NCBI RefSeq assembly: GCF_006345805.1
Contig: NC_043001.1
Location: forward strand, 120,032,001-120,096,000
Length of the DNA: 64,000 nucleotides
From: Octopus sinensis
Lineage: Eukaryota
Direction of reading: 5' to 3'
A model generated the notes under the pieces. That model was not told where the DNA came from and made no database searches. It worked only from the letters and a program-made list of their open reading frames with translations. This document shows, piece after piece, positions 13,001-27,344 of the stretch. Positions within the stretch are counted from its first letter, which is position 1; each line of letters starts with the position of its first letter. The translations under genes and the position numbers were made by a program.

Positions 13001-13003
<3 letters not shown>
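12795..13003 (+). mobile_element. Short non-autonomous Penelope-LTR-like element with hammerhead motif
   Basis: Second copy in opposite orientation at 23998-24176; abuts (TA)n. Confidence 0.75.
12879..12913 (+). ncRNA. Minimal type-I hammerhead ribozyme motif (Penelope type)
   Basis: gttt-CTGACGA-a-GAGC-tcc-GCTC-GAAA-CGTT-aaat: intact core, 4-bp stem II, palindromic ACGT stem III, short stem I. Confidence 0.7.
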
Positions 13004-13042
<39 letters not shown>

Positions 13043-13390
13043 AATACGTACATGTGAGTAGTAAGCAGTAGTAATTTTCATATATGAATTAATGTTAATT
13101 ATTATTTTTTTTATTGAAATTGACTTTTAATTTCTTGACATTTTCTCCCCTATTCTTTGAACGTCTCTCATAGCTAGCTCTCTCTCTATTTTTTTGTTGT
13201 TGTTTCAACTACGTAAATTTCAATTATAAGCTTTTCTTCGAGTACATCAATATGACAGATTTATTTAAACGTTGCCAATAACTAACTTGAATTATTTGCC
13301 TTCGATTACTTTTAAATTCTGGAAATTGCTGCGAACAATTTTTGTTACTAATTGTCACCTTATATCCTGAGAATAGTTACATTTCCCCAT

Positions 13391-13637
13391 TTAAGCAGGT
13401 TCATTCATTTCTTCTGGAACAATGGATGGAGTTCTGAGCTGAAAAACTCTTTTGGTTAGATAAAGTCGAAGGCTTCTAATGGGACACGAACTTGCATCAC
13501 CTGTAGATATGACAGAACCTCTACCATTGGACAAAGGCAATCCTTCCAATTTCTCAATCCTGTCAAGAAATGTCATTCTAACTAGTGAGAATTGTATGTC
13601 GTTCACATCATAAGAATTTATGTCAAATAATTGATGT
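13391..13637 (-). CDS. Candidate terminal exon or decayed coding segment, tyrosine-recombinase-like motif
   Basis: Acceptor tttttttag, then open frame HQLFDINSYDVNDIQF...GRGSVISTGDASSCPIRSLRLYLTKR...EPA*; AATAAA ~130 nt after the stop. Confidence 0.3.
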
Positions 13638-15688
13638 CTAAAAAAATTATTCCTACTTTCTCCAAATAATCTTGCTTTTCCTTCTCTAGACGCAAATGAT
13701 TACTGCTAACAAAGAAGAATATGTTGATTAGTTGAACACTTTTTGTGTACGTCATTCGGAACATCGCATTTTGTCTGACTTATGTAAATTTTTACGGCTG
13801 GCTCACTTGAATGAATTCACTTTTAAAAACCGGCTTGAAATGATGAAAACAAAAAAGGCTATCCGCCTGAAAATCGTAGAGGAGTGGAAGAGCGAATGAC
13901 GAGGAAAAAATTCAGTGTAAGTAAACAGTATACTTTGCACAAAACGTGGTGTACTCTCTCTTCCTCTTTCCTTAAGAAACTATAACATTTGACTATATCG
14001 ACATGAGTATTTCAAAATATGTTAAGATTGCATCTTAAATGAGGTGCTCAATAAATTAGGTTTAAATATATATAATTCAATATATGTAGGATCACTGAAT
14101 CTAGAAAATGCTTGAAGTTATTAAAATATAGTATCTATCACTCTCTTTCTCTATTCATCTGTGTGTGTACTGCTGGCAGTAGTTGATAATATACTTTCAA
14201 TAATATATGCATTTAATTATATCGATAATATATAATTGTACTTAATTATATCAAATGCACTTAGTGTTTATTATATGAATAATATACAGCGTTTTATGGA
14301 CTTAATTTTATTACGGCGCTAATACACACACTTAAGTATTATGCAGCCCAACTCTGCTTACGTATTATACTTTTCTCTAGTAACCTGACCTGATCCAGTG
14401 AGAATTAACTGTCTTGCTTATGAACACAGTGTCGTGTTTGTGGTGGTATACGAACTATTAAATTACTAGATGGCAATCCGACTCTTTATCGATTTCATTG
14501 TGGTGATGTTGTGATACGATAATAGTTATGATTGCGATGGTGACGGATATGGCGATACAAAACCAACAATCTTCCTGAAAACCTGATACAATTGTCAACC
14601 TCAACTTTCTTCAACGTAGCGTAATGAAATTTTATATGAACACACAGATTCTGAATACATTTTAATCGGATCAAGATGGTGTTTCCTGGAATGTTAACCA
14701 TAATTTCTGACAATGAAGAGGAAACAAATATTGAAAAATATAGGAGTAAACGGAAATCATTATGCTTTCTCTCTCTCTCTCTCTTTCTCTCTCTTACTGT
14801 TTTCTTTGTCTCTTTCTCTTTCTTCCCCTTTCCTTTATATTCTTGCGTGATTTTTCTTACTCTTTCATCCTTTTGTTATCTTTAATGCTTTCTTTCTTTC
14901 TCACTTGTTCTTTCTTTTTTATTTATAATTTTTCTTTTGTTTTCCGTCGATCTCACTTCTCTCTTTTGTTTTCACTTTCATTTAGTCTCCTTTTCTCTTG
15001 TTTTCTCTTAATCTCGGTCTGCCTGCCTGTTTGTTCCACCTATTCTCTCTCTCTATTTCTCTCTTTTATTTTATCTCTCTCAGTCATTTTATCTCTCTCT
15101 CTCTCTCTCACTTGCTTTTAATCTCTAACTGCCTCTCTCTAAATTTTTAAATCATATAAATCATTTATTTTTAACTTAATATATTTTTGTGTAAAAAGAA
15201 AAAACGAACTTCTCCTCTACTGTCCTTCTATATTAGATCTTATGATCATAATAAAGAAATCTCTCTCTCTCTCTCTCTCTTTCACCCTCTACCATTCTCC
15301 TATTTTCTCTCAGTTAATCTCTGGCTCGTTCTCCCTCCTGCTTCCACTCATTAACCCCTCCCACTTCCTCTATCTTTTTCTTTGCATTTTGTTTCTTACT
15401 CCTTTTTTCAAGAGAATCATTGATATGTGAACTTTGAATTATTCAGTGCTTATTACATTTGAAATAAATATACAAGCAAATATATTTAGCTAATTAAAAA
15501 ATGAAAGCAAGACAATGTAATTCTTATAAAATATTTAATTCGTAATACTGTTTAAGTGAAGATGGTGAAACAATATATATTTGAAGAGAAGAAATATATT
15601 TTCATTACATAGAGTAACATTATATTTTAGAAGGAGAAATTTAAAGTTTTATCGTTGATCAAGGGCAAAGCTAATTGTCTCTAATTTT

Positions 15689-17450
15689 ACACGGTCCTCG
15701 GTTTGCATGGTTCCACTTAAGCACGTTTTGGGTTTCAATCTTCATTTTCTTTTTACATTCATTTTACCTTTCATTTATCTTCCATTTTACGTTCATTTCA
15801 CTTCAGTGACCGCGCGTTAAAGCAATGCTTAAGTTTGCTTTTTATATTTTGATAAATATTTTCGAGATTGACTAATAGCTTCAAATGTCAAACCAAAAGC
15901 AGACAAGAAAATCGATTTCTCTGGAATGGAAATTAAAATATTAAAGCTACTTCAGAATCTTAAGTGTTCAACGAAAACAGCGAAACATTTTAAGATAAAC
16001 GAAGGAACTCTCAGGATAATTAAAAGAAACCAAGAGAAAGTCAATGTCAGTTTAATTGCGGGATCGTCAATTTGTAGAAAACATATACATACACAACAAT
16101 ATTATGGAAACAATGGAAAAAGCTCTATTAATATAGATAAAGATATAAAATTCCCGAACTATTGCAACAAGCAGCTCTGATACAAGACAAAAAACAATAA
16201 GAATATTTTAAATCAAATCATCATTATTCTCTAAGCATATAATAATCTGTAACCTGTTTTTTTCAGGCAGTGAGGGCTGGCTTGAAGTTCTTGTTCTTAA
16301 TCGAAGTTTCCTACAAGATTTTAAATTACTGATGAAAATTGGGTCGAGCCATAAGAAAACTGTTGGAGTTTTTGTGCCACAATATTTGCAGAAGGTTTCA
16401 ATTCTTTAAAAGAAATTTCTTTAAAAGAATATTGATTAAAGCTAAGAGAGAATGCCAAAGAAAGACTTTATATGGTAGAACGTAAATAGTCAGCGGATTG
16501 AAACTTTCTAGGTCTAGAATCATAAAATCATTATTGTGTAATGCTTTTGGTGATTATTTCATGAAGCCATTTTTAATTAAGAGAGCTCTTAATCCATGTG
16601 CAATGAGAGGCTTAAATAAAAATAAATAACCACCCAAATCATTAGCATGCAAAAAAAAAAAAGCTTAATAACTACTGGAAAACTGTTTTTATCAAAACTT
16701 TGTTTCTGAAGTTGAAATTTATGCGAAACATTACATTTCTGTTATTACCAGCCAATACGATTGATGCAGCCATAGCATCAGGGAATAATGAATTAATAAT
16801 GTTTAACATTCGTATGAATGGTACTAGATAACATGGTAGAAAATCAGCGACTAAATTTAGGAGTAAAGAAAACTTAGTTTTCATTGCAGGAAGATAATTG
16901 CAATAGCAATCCATGAAAATAAGAAAACCAACTTAAATCCATTATGGAAGATAATTTTGCTTGCATTAGCTCTCTCTAAATTGTAGTGATGCTGACATAA
17001 TATAAAAATACAAACACAGATATAGCTTATTAAAAACCGTAGTTAATTCAATTATAGGCGAAGGATGGGACTATTTTGTTGTCGAAGAAACCGAGGAGGT
17101 TAATAGAAAATTCAGTTGATATGGTTGCCTAGTTTCATACGAAGAAAGCTTGTGTAATGTTGATGAAATAAACTCACAAATTACTTCGAAAATTAAAGGT
17201 GGACTATAATTGACAAACAATCAGAAAATTCATTTCATTAAGAATGATTCTAATAGGCAATGTAGTCTGAAATTCCAAGGAATTAAAGTTCTGCAAAGCG
17301 ACGTACGGAAATCTTTACACTGTTTTAATAAAATGCATGCATATTTTTATGAAACAGCCAGCTATTTGAATATAGAAGTATGGATCATAATGATAGTCCT
17401 GATGAATTTGGAAGAACGAGAGCAAAAAAAAAAGAAAGAAAGAAAACAAA
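15689..17450 (+). mobile_element. Decayed Tigger/pogo DNA transposon
   Basis: HTH-psq-like KTAKHFKINEGTLRIIKRNQEKV, FSGSEGW (FxASxGW-like), CNAFGDYFMKPFLIKRALNPCAMRG (DDE_1-like); many stops; right boundary approximate. Confidence 0.75.
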
Positions 17451-18114
17451 ATTAAAGAAAGAGTATTGTTTTCGTATCTCCAAGTAAAAACGAGAGTCAA
17501 TTAGACAAAATTCCCAATGTACTGTTTCAGTAATTTTAGTCACTGGTATGCGGCCATGCTACGGCTCCACCTTTGAAGGTTTTAATCGATCATTTGGACT
17601 CCTGTAATTATTATATGTTGATATTCATTTTATTAGTCTCGATCTCTCGAGTCGCTAATTTATAGAACAGCGATCTTTATACCGATGTAAACATAACACG
17701 AGCAGTCACGTGCACACGCTTACGTGTATAGAGTTAAACTTTAAAATGGGGCAAAGGAAACCACTATTGCCAGCCACGAAAGATTAACAGGAAAAAACTA
17801 ATTATACAGAAATGTATAATTATTCAATTGAGAATGTTCTTTACGTAATTAGCTTAAAGGATAATAATCAGACATGGTTACCTAAATTGATCCAAACTTA
17901 ATGTTTATGTAATTTATGCCATATGAACTCGTCCAGGTACTTATACACTGCACAGTATTAAAATATTTGCTTATTGTATTACCAAGTGAATACCAGTTAA
18001 TTATAAGTGAAATTCCGAGTATCATTAATAGTATTTGTATTTTACAAATAAATATTTCAGTAATATAAATTGAAAACCATCCACAGACTTGTTTCTGAAT
18101 TGAAGTAATAATTA

Positions 18115-18794
18115 CACTGGTGTACAAAAATTTTTTTTGCTCTGAGGCAAGGATGTGAATAGGTGTTTTTTACTAATTTTGATGTGGTGAATTCAATTTT
18201 CTGAACAGTTTTGCTCTATTACATCTAGTTTTTTTCTTTTTTGCTTTCACATATTCCATTGTAATTTATACTGCATATAAATTCAAAATATATTGTGTTT
18301 ATTTCATCTGTTACAAATGCACATTACAGGAAAAGAAACAGCATAGATACAGAACATTGATGGAATTGAATTACTTGGGTAATAAAATACACATAGTACA
18401 GCAGACAGAAGTGATTTTTTGGGACGATCTTGTGTACTTTGCCTCCGAGATGTCACACAAGAGCATCCAGCAACAGTCCCCCATCGTACTGGGGTTCCAC
18501 TTGCCTTGGTAGTTGCTCTCCATTTTAGTAATATCTTGGTGGAACCTTTCTCCGTGCCCATCACTCACTGCTCCAAGCTTCGGAGGGAAGAGGTTGAGGT
18601 GAAAGTGGAGAATGTGAATTTTGAGTGACATTCGGCATCTCATATCCTTATAAGACTGTAGCAACTTCACGATACACTCTTGGTAATCTAGTATCCGTGT
18701 GTTACCTAGCAAGCCATGGCAGACTGACGTAAATACTTCCCATGCTCTCAGTTACTTTGAGATAAGAAGCTCCTCAAAGTCCTTATCCTTGAAC
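18115..18794 (-). mobile_element. Chapaev3-like (CMC) DNA transposon 3' part
   Basis: MSLKIHILHFHLNLFPPKLGAVSDGHGERFHQDITKMESNYQGKWNPSTMGDCCW motif; CACTG terminus at 18115; cut by a SINE. Confidence 0.75.
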
Positions 18795-18912
18795 AGTTTC
18801 CATCTACAAAATCCACTCACGAGGCTTTGGTCGATCCGGGGCAAGTGTAGAATACATTTGCCCAAGGGTACATGCAGTGGGACTGAGCCCGAAACCATGT
18901 TGTTGGGAAGCA

Positions 18913-18915
<3 letters not shown>
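18795..18915 (-). mobile_element. SINE family B fragment
   Basis: tccactcacgaggctttggtc...ttgcccaagg...cagtgggactga matches family B. Confidence 0.85.
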
Positions 18916-18998
<83 letters not shown>

Positions 18999-19007
18999 TG
19001 TATATAA

Positions 19008-20022
19008 CGAGAATGGGCCCCAACAATGCGAACCTGTTTGTTGGCTATGTTGAAGCCCAAATATTCTCATAATTCACTGGTCCCACTCCCGAGCCATACG
19101 GTCGTTATATCGATGACTGTATCGGCACGACCTCATTCTCCTGCGAAAATTTGGACTCCTTCTCCCCTTTGTCCAATCCTTTCATCCTGCCCTCGAATTC
19201 TCCTGCACTATCGCTAACTCTTCCGTCGAACTTATCGACATTTCTGTCAGCATACACCACTCGGCTCTCACCACCTCCATCCATTACAAATATACCGATT
19301 CACACTCCTACTTTAACTTCTCCTCCTCCCATCCTACTTGCACCAAGCTCTCCATCTTTTACTCCCAATTCCTCCCTCTACGCAGGCTCTGCAGCGACGA
19401 CTATCTCTTTGAGACTGTCCCATCTCATGACTCGCTACTTCATCCTACGTGGATATCTACTCACCATTATCCACACCGTCCTTGCCTGGGCACGATCTGT
19501 GGAACGTGCCTCTTTCTCCTCGCACTCGTCCCACTCTTACCTGTCTCCCGTTTCCCCTTATCTACCACCCTCCACCCTACCCCTCCAACTCACCATTATC
19601 CGAGCCTTCCGGCAACTCCAGTCCGAACCCTCCACCTCACACATCTTTCCTAACGTACCCCTTCCCTCCTTCAAACGAGCCCATAAACTGCGTGAATTCC
19701 CGGTTCACAGTTTCTTCCCTACCCCTGCCTCCCAGCATGGCTGTTTATCCTGCTCCCGCCCACGCTGTTACACCTACCCCTACCTCTCCAACACCACCAT
19801 GCTCACCGGCACCCATTACCGTCCCTATCACATCACTGACTCCTTTACACCCCAGTCTTGCACCACTTCCGCTCTGCCGGTCATTCGCTACAACATCTGT
19901 CTGTGTTCGGACTGTCTCTGCACAGGGTCCACCCGGACCCCGCCTTCGTCGTGAAGAGAAATTAATCTTCTCACTTCGTTCCTTTGTACGATATGGGATC
20001 AACTCATTACTTCTCTTCATCT
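19008..20022 (+). mobile_element. Penelope-like element RT and thumb with deleted GIY-YIG region (decayed)
   Basis: MGPNNANLFVGYVE, YGRYIDD, HYKYTDSHSY..SSSHP..SQF..LRRLCS, C-terminal RREEKLIFSLRSFVRYGIN; frameshifts; starts at (TA)n. Confidence 0.88.
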
Positions 20023-20811
20023 GACACCAACCTCACACGGATTCCCACACACCACCCTACTACCCCCTTCACCTACACACCTGCATAACGTCTACCTTAG
20101 TACCCTCACCACACACACACACCACTATATAAATACCCATACACACTGTTCAACTCATTACTCACTTCATACACCATTACACCCACACCCACAAATACCT
20201 CGACTTTTGAAATTTCTGATCTTTCTCCGTACGTTAATAATTTTGCCATTCTCTCTCCATTTTAACTATTTCTCTCTTTCTCTCTCTTATATTTTCTTCT
20301 TTTTTCAGCATGCCTAATTATAAGTCCTTCCTCCTTCATCTTCATCACCGCCTAAAAAAATCACCTTACCACACTTCCTTTTCGCTGCTTTCAACTTTCT
20401 ATTAATCTTTCCCTACTGATTTTCAAAAAAAACCCCAAAAAACACGCTTCTGTAGTTAATCTTCTTTTCTCAGTCGCTGCCTTTATCGTCACCTCATCTC
20501 CAAAGGTTTCGACCTCCATTTCCACCCTACCTTCTCTTTTGCCTTTGCCATCTTACACTCCCCACCACTTCCTACCGCCTTATGCGTGCTACTATTCGTT
20601 CTAATCTCTCCAAAATACACACCCTCGACTGCCTTCTCCCTCTCGCTTATTCCACCTGTTTCTCTTGCTGCTCACCATCCATTGCACATTCCACCTTACG
20701 CTTTATCCTCCACCGAAACCTCCAGCATATTATGATAATTCAAGCCAGCTGAGGGGTCAGAGTCCCGTCAGTTCAAGGTTAATTATTCCGAGAAGCTCAA
20801 CCGTTTCATTC

Positions 20812-21041
20812 TTATTTCTTTACTGCCCACAAGGGGCTACACACAGAGGGGACAAACAAGGACAGACAAACGGATTAAGTCGATTATATCGACCCCAGTG
20901 CATAACTGGTACTTATTTAATTGACCCCGAAAGGATAAAAGGTAAAGTCGACTTCGGCGGAATTTGAACTCAGAACGTAGCGGCAGACGAAATACTGCTA
21001 AGCATTTCACCCGGCGTGCTAACGTTTCTGCTAGCTCGCCG
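20812..21041 (-). mobile_element. Full-length SINE family A with target-site duplication
   Basis: Near-identical to the 3573 copy in reverse; flanking direct repeat cgtttcattctt. Confidence 0.92.
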
Positions 21042-22418
21042 CGTTTCATTCTTGATCAACACCAGGCAACTAAGCGGATGACTGCAACCACTCTCGTAAA
21101 CAGGTCTCTCCACATCCGATACACAATCAAAACTAATAAATTGGTTTACTCACAACTGTGGTTTGCTCACAACTGTGGTGCAGCAGTTAAGCCAAGCAAC
21201 ACGGTTCTGCAAACCTAATAGGTTTTACCAACTTAACTATTAACGTGATTCCTGCAAGTCCACAACTAGGAACGCAAAGGTCGACTCCATGTGTCGCAGA
21301 ACCAGTAAACTTACTCATCTAACAAACAGTAGCCGATTCTTTTAAACTTTTTGCCAAAAACGCTGTCTATCACTTTGTGAACTCCTTTTTCCCTACACTT
21401 TTCAACTATTTAAAGTAGTACTTCTGCAGAAAAAAGTCTCCTCGTTTGCTGTCAGATTTGCACCAATGAGTAAATCTTCTCAAAATCTCTCCTTGTCTTA
21501 CTCCAACAGACTCACCACTACATATACATACACATCATGAGTGAAAGCATTTCATGTCAATCTAAACAAACAAAGCTGCGGGCTTTCAGCACCCTAAAAA
21601 AGATGCACCCCAGTGCTTGCCTCTAATCTCACATAACTCTTCTCTCTCTCCCTCCCTCCTTCTCTCTCACTCTCTCTCTTTCTCTTTCACTCATTTTCCA
21701 AAGTCTGTGCAAATTTTTCGAAAGTGAGTGAAAATGGTGAAGAGTATAATGATGATGATGATGATGAGAATTCTGTTAAAATGTAAGCATTTAGCGTTTA
21801 TTAGTAGTATCCTATACACCAACAAAGGGGTGTCTATGTAGCTACTATATGCTAGAAGTAACAATGAAATCTTCCTCACATCGTCTCTGCTGTCTTAAGA
21901 AATAAAATTTTATGCTATTCAAAAATATATACAAAAATACGACATATCACGTTTGGAACGTTTTTCAGCAAAGACCAAATTCGATTAAGGTTGTCCTGAG
22001 GGTAAACAGCAGCAATTATTTTAGTAATGACATTTGTTTATTTGGTTCTAAAATAAATTAAAATTTTAGAATGCAGTTACCGAGAATAAACGGGCTAAAT
22101 ATAAAAAAGTTACATTTAAGTTTCTCAAAAATGAATCGGAAGACATGCAAAATGGTGTTGGAACAACGAAGAAAGGTATTCTTCAGATACTGAGGACAGA
22201 TCTTATTGGCTTTATACTCTCATAGATTGTATGGTGTTGGACCTAAATCAGAAATCACTGTCATAATTAGTAGTAGTAGTAGTAGTAGCGGCGGCGGCGG
22301 TGGTGGTGGTGGTGGTGTGCTAGTGTTGTTGTTGCTGGCGATAGTGGTATTAGTAGTAGTAATTGTCGTAGTATTAACAACAGCAGCAACGGTAGCAAAA
22401 GCAACAACAACAACAAGT

Positions 22419-22600
22419 GGAGGCGCAATGGCCCAGTGGTTAGGGCAGCGGACTCGCGGTTAAGAACGCGGTTTCGTTTCCCCGACCGGGCATTGTGAGT
22501 GTTTATTGAGCAAAAACACCTAAGCTCCACGAGGCTCCGGCGAGGGGTGGTGGTGAACCCCGCTGTACTCTTTCACCACAACTCTCTCTCACTCTTTTTT
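22419..22600 (+). mobile_element. tRNA-derived SINE (family C-related)
   Basis: ggcgcaatggcccagtggttagggcagcggactcg head with A box and degenerate B box, then ttgagcaaaaacacc. Confidence 0.75.
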
Positions 22601-23997
22601 CCTACTTCTGCCACAAAGCAGAGGAACCATGGTTTAACCCACTATGGTGTGGTAAACTTTCAGGCCCTAATCTAGATTGCGAATCCTCTGTACCCCAGGA
22701 TGGTTCAGCTCTCCACCCGTTAAAAGCCACCGTTTACGGAATGAGGATAAGAACGTAGCTTCTGCGTCCTTGCCAGTCTATCGCGTGTGGTGGGTAGATC
22801 TTCAAGTTGCCGCACGCATTCTTAGTAGCTTAGAGTAGGCTCGAATTAGAGATTATTCTTTGTGGCTAACGGCGTGAGTCCTGATTGGAAGAAGAGGAAA
22901 ACAGCAGCAACAGCAACAGCATTCGTTTTATCAACAGCTATTCCGACTTACGCTTGTTTTCCTTTGATAAAACTATTATAAAAGTATTTACTAATGCAGC
23001 CATAACTGCCTTCGATGCTGCCAATATTGTTGTTGGCAAATAAAAGAATAACGAAAATTCTATTTGTGTACAATTTATTTCTAGTCATTTGTTTCTTGAA
23101 GACAACTCACGCATACTGAAAATGGTTTAACCAGTAGAATTTCAAGACAATTACTCTATATCAGAACTGACAAACAACGAAGTTTGACAGAATCATCTAA
23201 AGGCTAACGAGTTCAGCTAAGCATTAATGTGTTCTTGTTTTCAAAAGTTCTTTAATAGATTCAATTATTCGTCATACGTGTTAAACAGCATTTAACACTG
23301 TTTAGCCACGTTCATCAGTTAAATACCAATATGCAAACGATAAATGTCAGTAGAGTTATAAATGTAGAAATGTTGTTATGTGGAATGACGTGCTGTGAAA
23401 GAGACGACTATTTCGTTACAGACATTGACCAGGCAACAATAAAACAGTTCTATGGAAGACGTATGAGAGGACCAACTCACCGTTCGGCTAGTCAGCAAGT
23501 CATGTGACCATTCAATTTTCCTGACAACCAATCATCTATGCTTAAATAACAAATTCAATCGGCAATGATACGCGCGCGCGCGTGTGAGTGTGTTAGCATG
23601 TGCAGCCAGACATAATTAATCACTCGATCATTATTAAAAGTTTTAAAAGGACGGAAGTACGTATCACATCGATCAGTAGTTCGTGAGAAATGAAACTCGA
23701 ACGCCTTCTGCTTGAAACAAAGTTTTTATTGGATATGGCGGGCCAACTGATGAATCACAGTTATAGATCACTTCGGATATTCCGTTGAGAGACACTGCGA
23801 GGTGTTTCAGAATAAATAGTTTCTCAAAAACGTCGAACCTACAATTATGCCATGTATTTCGAAAGATTGAGCAGTGACTCCTTAAGAATATCCATGAGTA
23901 ATGCTCGTATGCATCGTCAAGCATTTATAAATATAAAATATACGTAAATACACTTTATTTTCATTCGCAGACACCCATATATATATATATATATATA

Positions 23998-24294
<297 letters not shown>

Positions 24295-24479
24295 GACAAT
24301 TAGTGACGATAACATTTTTCATATATTATGTGTGAGTGTGTTATACATGTACATTTACTTTACGTGTCTATAAATTATCTTTACAACTTTCACAATTTAT
24401 TACGTCTATAAATTATCTTTATTTGAGGTCCAGCAATCAACTTCTCGCATGTTAAATATAAAAGTTTTAATATATATTC

Positions 24480-25645
24480 CTTGTTTTAAGATTTAAATCA
24501 CTTTCATTTGTCTTTAAACGTGTCTATTATTATCTGTATCTTGTAGTGAAAATGACAACACCACAAGAGAAAGGGCAACGTTTATCCTGGTTTATAGAGA
24601 CCCGATCAGATACTCAGGATCCAGGGGGATCACCGTACACATATGGAAAAGAACCAACCACTCTTGGTAGTTCTTTTCCATAGAAAGCGTCCAATAGAAA
24701 ACAGGGGTTGGACGATCGAGGACAATCGTGGAAGATGTTATGCGAATTCGAACAGCATTCATTGCAATCCTAATAAATTGATTCGTAGTGCAAATAGTGA
24801 GTTGAGTTGACCGCGGTCAACAATTTATAAAGTTTTGTACATGGGCTTGAGGCTCTGTGTTTATAAATTACAACATTTGTAAGCATTCCAGCCAGGTGAC
24901 AACCCCAAAGGAAACGATTTGCGGTGGATATGATTGTTCGATTAGACGAAGGCTTATATCAAAAGATTTGTTTCAGTGATGAAACAATATTTCATGTATA
25001 AGGAATGACAAATACGCAAAATATCCGGATCTGGAGAGAAACGACTAAAAATTCAATGTTTCTTGCGGCTTCATGTTTGATCGAGTGATTGGCCTATTTT
25101 CCTTTGTAGAAGAAACGATTACTTCCAACACTTACCTTGGTGTTTTACTATAATTGTTGTACCACAGTTGTACTGCATGCAACCATCTGTTATTTTCCAA
25201 CAAGATGGTACACCACCACACTGGATGTCCGAGTGTTCGTTCGAGAGTTTCTTAATAAAACTTTCCTAAACGGATGAATTGAAAGAGGAGGTCCAGTTCC
25301 CTACCCACCTAGGTCACTAGATAGAACCCTCTAGGCTTCTTATGGGGCTACATTAAATGCAGACTCTATCGTACAACAGTTCAAGACCTCAATGATAAAA
25401 AAAAAACAAAAAAAAACAAATCACGCCAAGCGATCTCCAACATTGATGAGGGGATGCTCCAAAGAACATAGTCAGAAACAGAGAATCGTGTACAAGAGCT
25501 GAGTGCAACCAATAGAATCAACGTGGAAGTGCTCTGATGTTTCCAATAAAACTTGACTTGTTTGCCTATGTTTTCTAAGTTCTGCTGAATTATCTTTAAT
25601 TTTATTTTTTTCTGAATTGTAAAGGTAATTAATGGACTTCCTGTA
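24480..25645 (+). mobile_element. Decayed Tc1/mariner-superfamily transposon
   Basis: ICFSDETIFHV, NTQNIRIW, IFQQDGTPPHW, VREFLNKTF, PVPYPPRS, LWGYIK; ends in cttcctgTA. Confidence 0.85.
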
Positions 25646-25964
25646 TATACTCAAGTAGATCAATGCTAGGTCAGCTATAATAATTGACTTAAACTGTTAA
25701 TATATTGGATACCTAACAATTTTGACACCTTCGACAGCAGAGAGCTACATTTATTACACACGAAAAAAGAAAACACAATGCACTTCACAAAAATTAAAAA
25801 AGAAACATGGTAAAGTGAGGGAGTTGCCGTGTATCTTGGATATTTTAAATTTGAAAGTACCCAACGCTCCCCAGATCTAAACTGAAATGATGTTTTTCTT
25901 CAGAGAGAAAGCGCGAGACAGTGAGTGAGAGAGAGATGGGGAAGGGAGGGGAGAAAGAGAGAAG

Positions 25965-26125
25965 AATCAGTTCGAGTACTTGACAGATATTTTATTTATC
26001 GACCTCGAAAAGATGAAAGGCAAAGTTGAGTTTGGTGAAATTTGAACTTAGAGCGAGGGCCGACAAAACTACACCAAAGCATTCCATCCGTGCCAGTCGA
26101 CTTCAACAAAAAGTCTAACCTTCGC
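25965..26125 (-). mobile_element. Degenerate SINE family A
   Basis: atttatcgacctcgaaaagatgaaaggcaaagt...tttgaact. Confidence 0.6.
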
Positions 26126-26459
26126 CTCATAACTACTCATCCTCTACAAATTTTAGGTGAGACCCTCAATGGAGTACTTCTTGCAGTTCTGAAATGGGGC
26201 TGCTCTTATCACACACACATGTCCTCTTTAATTAAATTCACCGCACACAATTATGACAGTCAAACTCAACCTTTGTGTGGTTTGAACTTAGAATGTAAAT
26301 GAATGGAACAGCATCTTGAAAATTGCTGACTTCGTTGAGCCTTCAGTTTCTAATGTAGTGGTATGGACCTCATGGTAAGATGACAGAATCACTTTGAAAG
26401 TCGGAACAGAACCGATTTCTTCCACAAAGACAGAAAAAAAGATACAATGAAAGAAGTTG

Positions 26460-26590
26460 GTGTGGGTTGGAATTTTATTTATCGATCCTGAGAGCATAAA
26501 AAGGTAACATTGGTCGCGGCGGGTTTTGAACGGGTACCGCAAGGAATTCTGTCTGACGCTCCAGCGACTCCGTCAACTTGCTGCCTTGTC
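26460..26590 (-). mobile_element. Degenerate SINE family A
   Basis: tttatcgatcctgagagcataaaaaggtaa...cggcgggttttgaac. Confidence 0.5.
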
Positions 26591-26782
26591 TTACAACCAC
26601 CACTGGTCTTAATCATTATAATAACTAGAGGAATACATTCAAACAGAAATGTTCATATTGTATACGTGCATTCATACAGAGTCAAATTGTTAACAGAAAA
26701 ATATTTAACTATTGGAAATATTAATAATAAAAGGGACACCAGAAAGATAACCCATCGAACATCAACAATGTTACTCTGCACT

Positions 26783-26875
26783 CAAGCGGAATATCCAATA
26801 ACATAGTATTCAACAAGCAAAGTATCCAATAGCAGAGTATTCAACAAGCAAAGTATCCAATAGCAGAGTATTCAA
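26783..26875. repeat. Three tandem copies of a 31-bp unit
   Basis: caagcaaagtatccaatagcagagtattcaa; copies 2 and 3 identical, copy 1 diverged. Confidence 0.9.
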
Positions 26876-27344
26876 ATTCAAGCGAAACTTTCATACGTCG
26901 TATTTTCTTTACCAATCAATAATTTATTTGATATGCAGTCTCCGTGATAAAATAATTATGAAGCTTTCGATAACGTTTTAATTGGGAAGATGTAATTAGA
27001 ACGCAACACTCTTATGCCGATGTCATGGGAACTGATTACGTAATTTCTAATATGATTTTGCCTGTCTTCCTTCATTTCTTTTAATTTCATCTTTCTTTCT
27101 CTCTAATTTCTTTCACTCTTCGCTCACCGTTTCTCACTCAACAAACATGCATGCGCGCGCTCTCTTACGCATACATCACACGCATACACGGGCGTGTGCA
27201 TACTGATATGCATATACGCACGCATATACAAACGTCCATACATACATAGATATGTGAATATGTATGTATGTATATGTATGTATATACACTCACACAAATT
27301 CACATTCATGTCTCTGTTTGTGTGTGTGTGTGTGTGTGAATGCA

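Noticed and set aside
19151-20024. Pro/Ser-rich 267-aa and 191-aa ORFs as host genes
   Set aside because: Mixed-frame readings of a frameshifted Penelope RT
20745-20780. Hammerhead downstream of the Penelope RT (gctgaggggtcagagtcccgtcag)
   Set aside because: No GAAA and incomplete CUGANGA; would require assumed deletions
26783-26875. 31-bp repeats as a CRISPR-like array
   Set aside because: Directly tandem with no spacers; eukaryotic context
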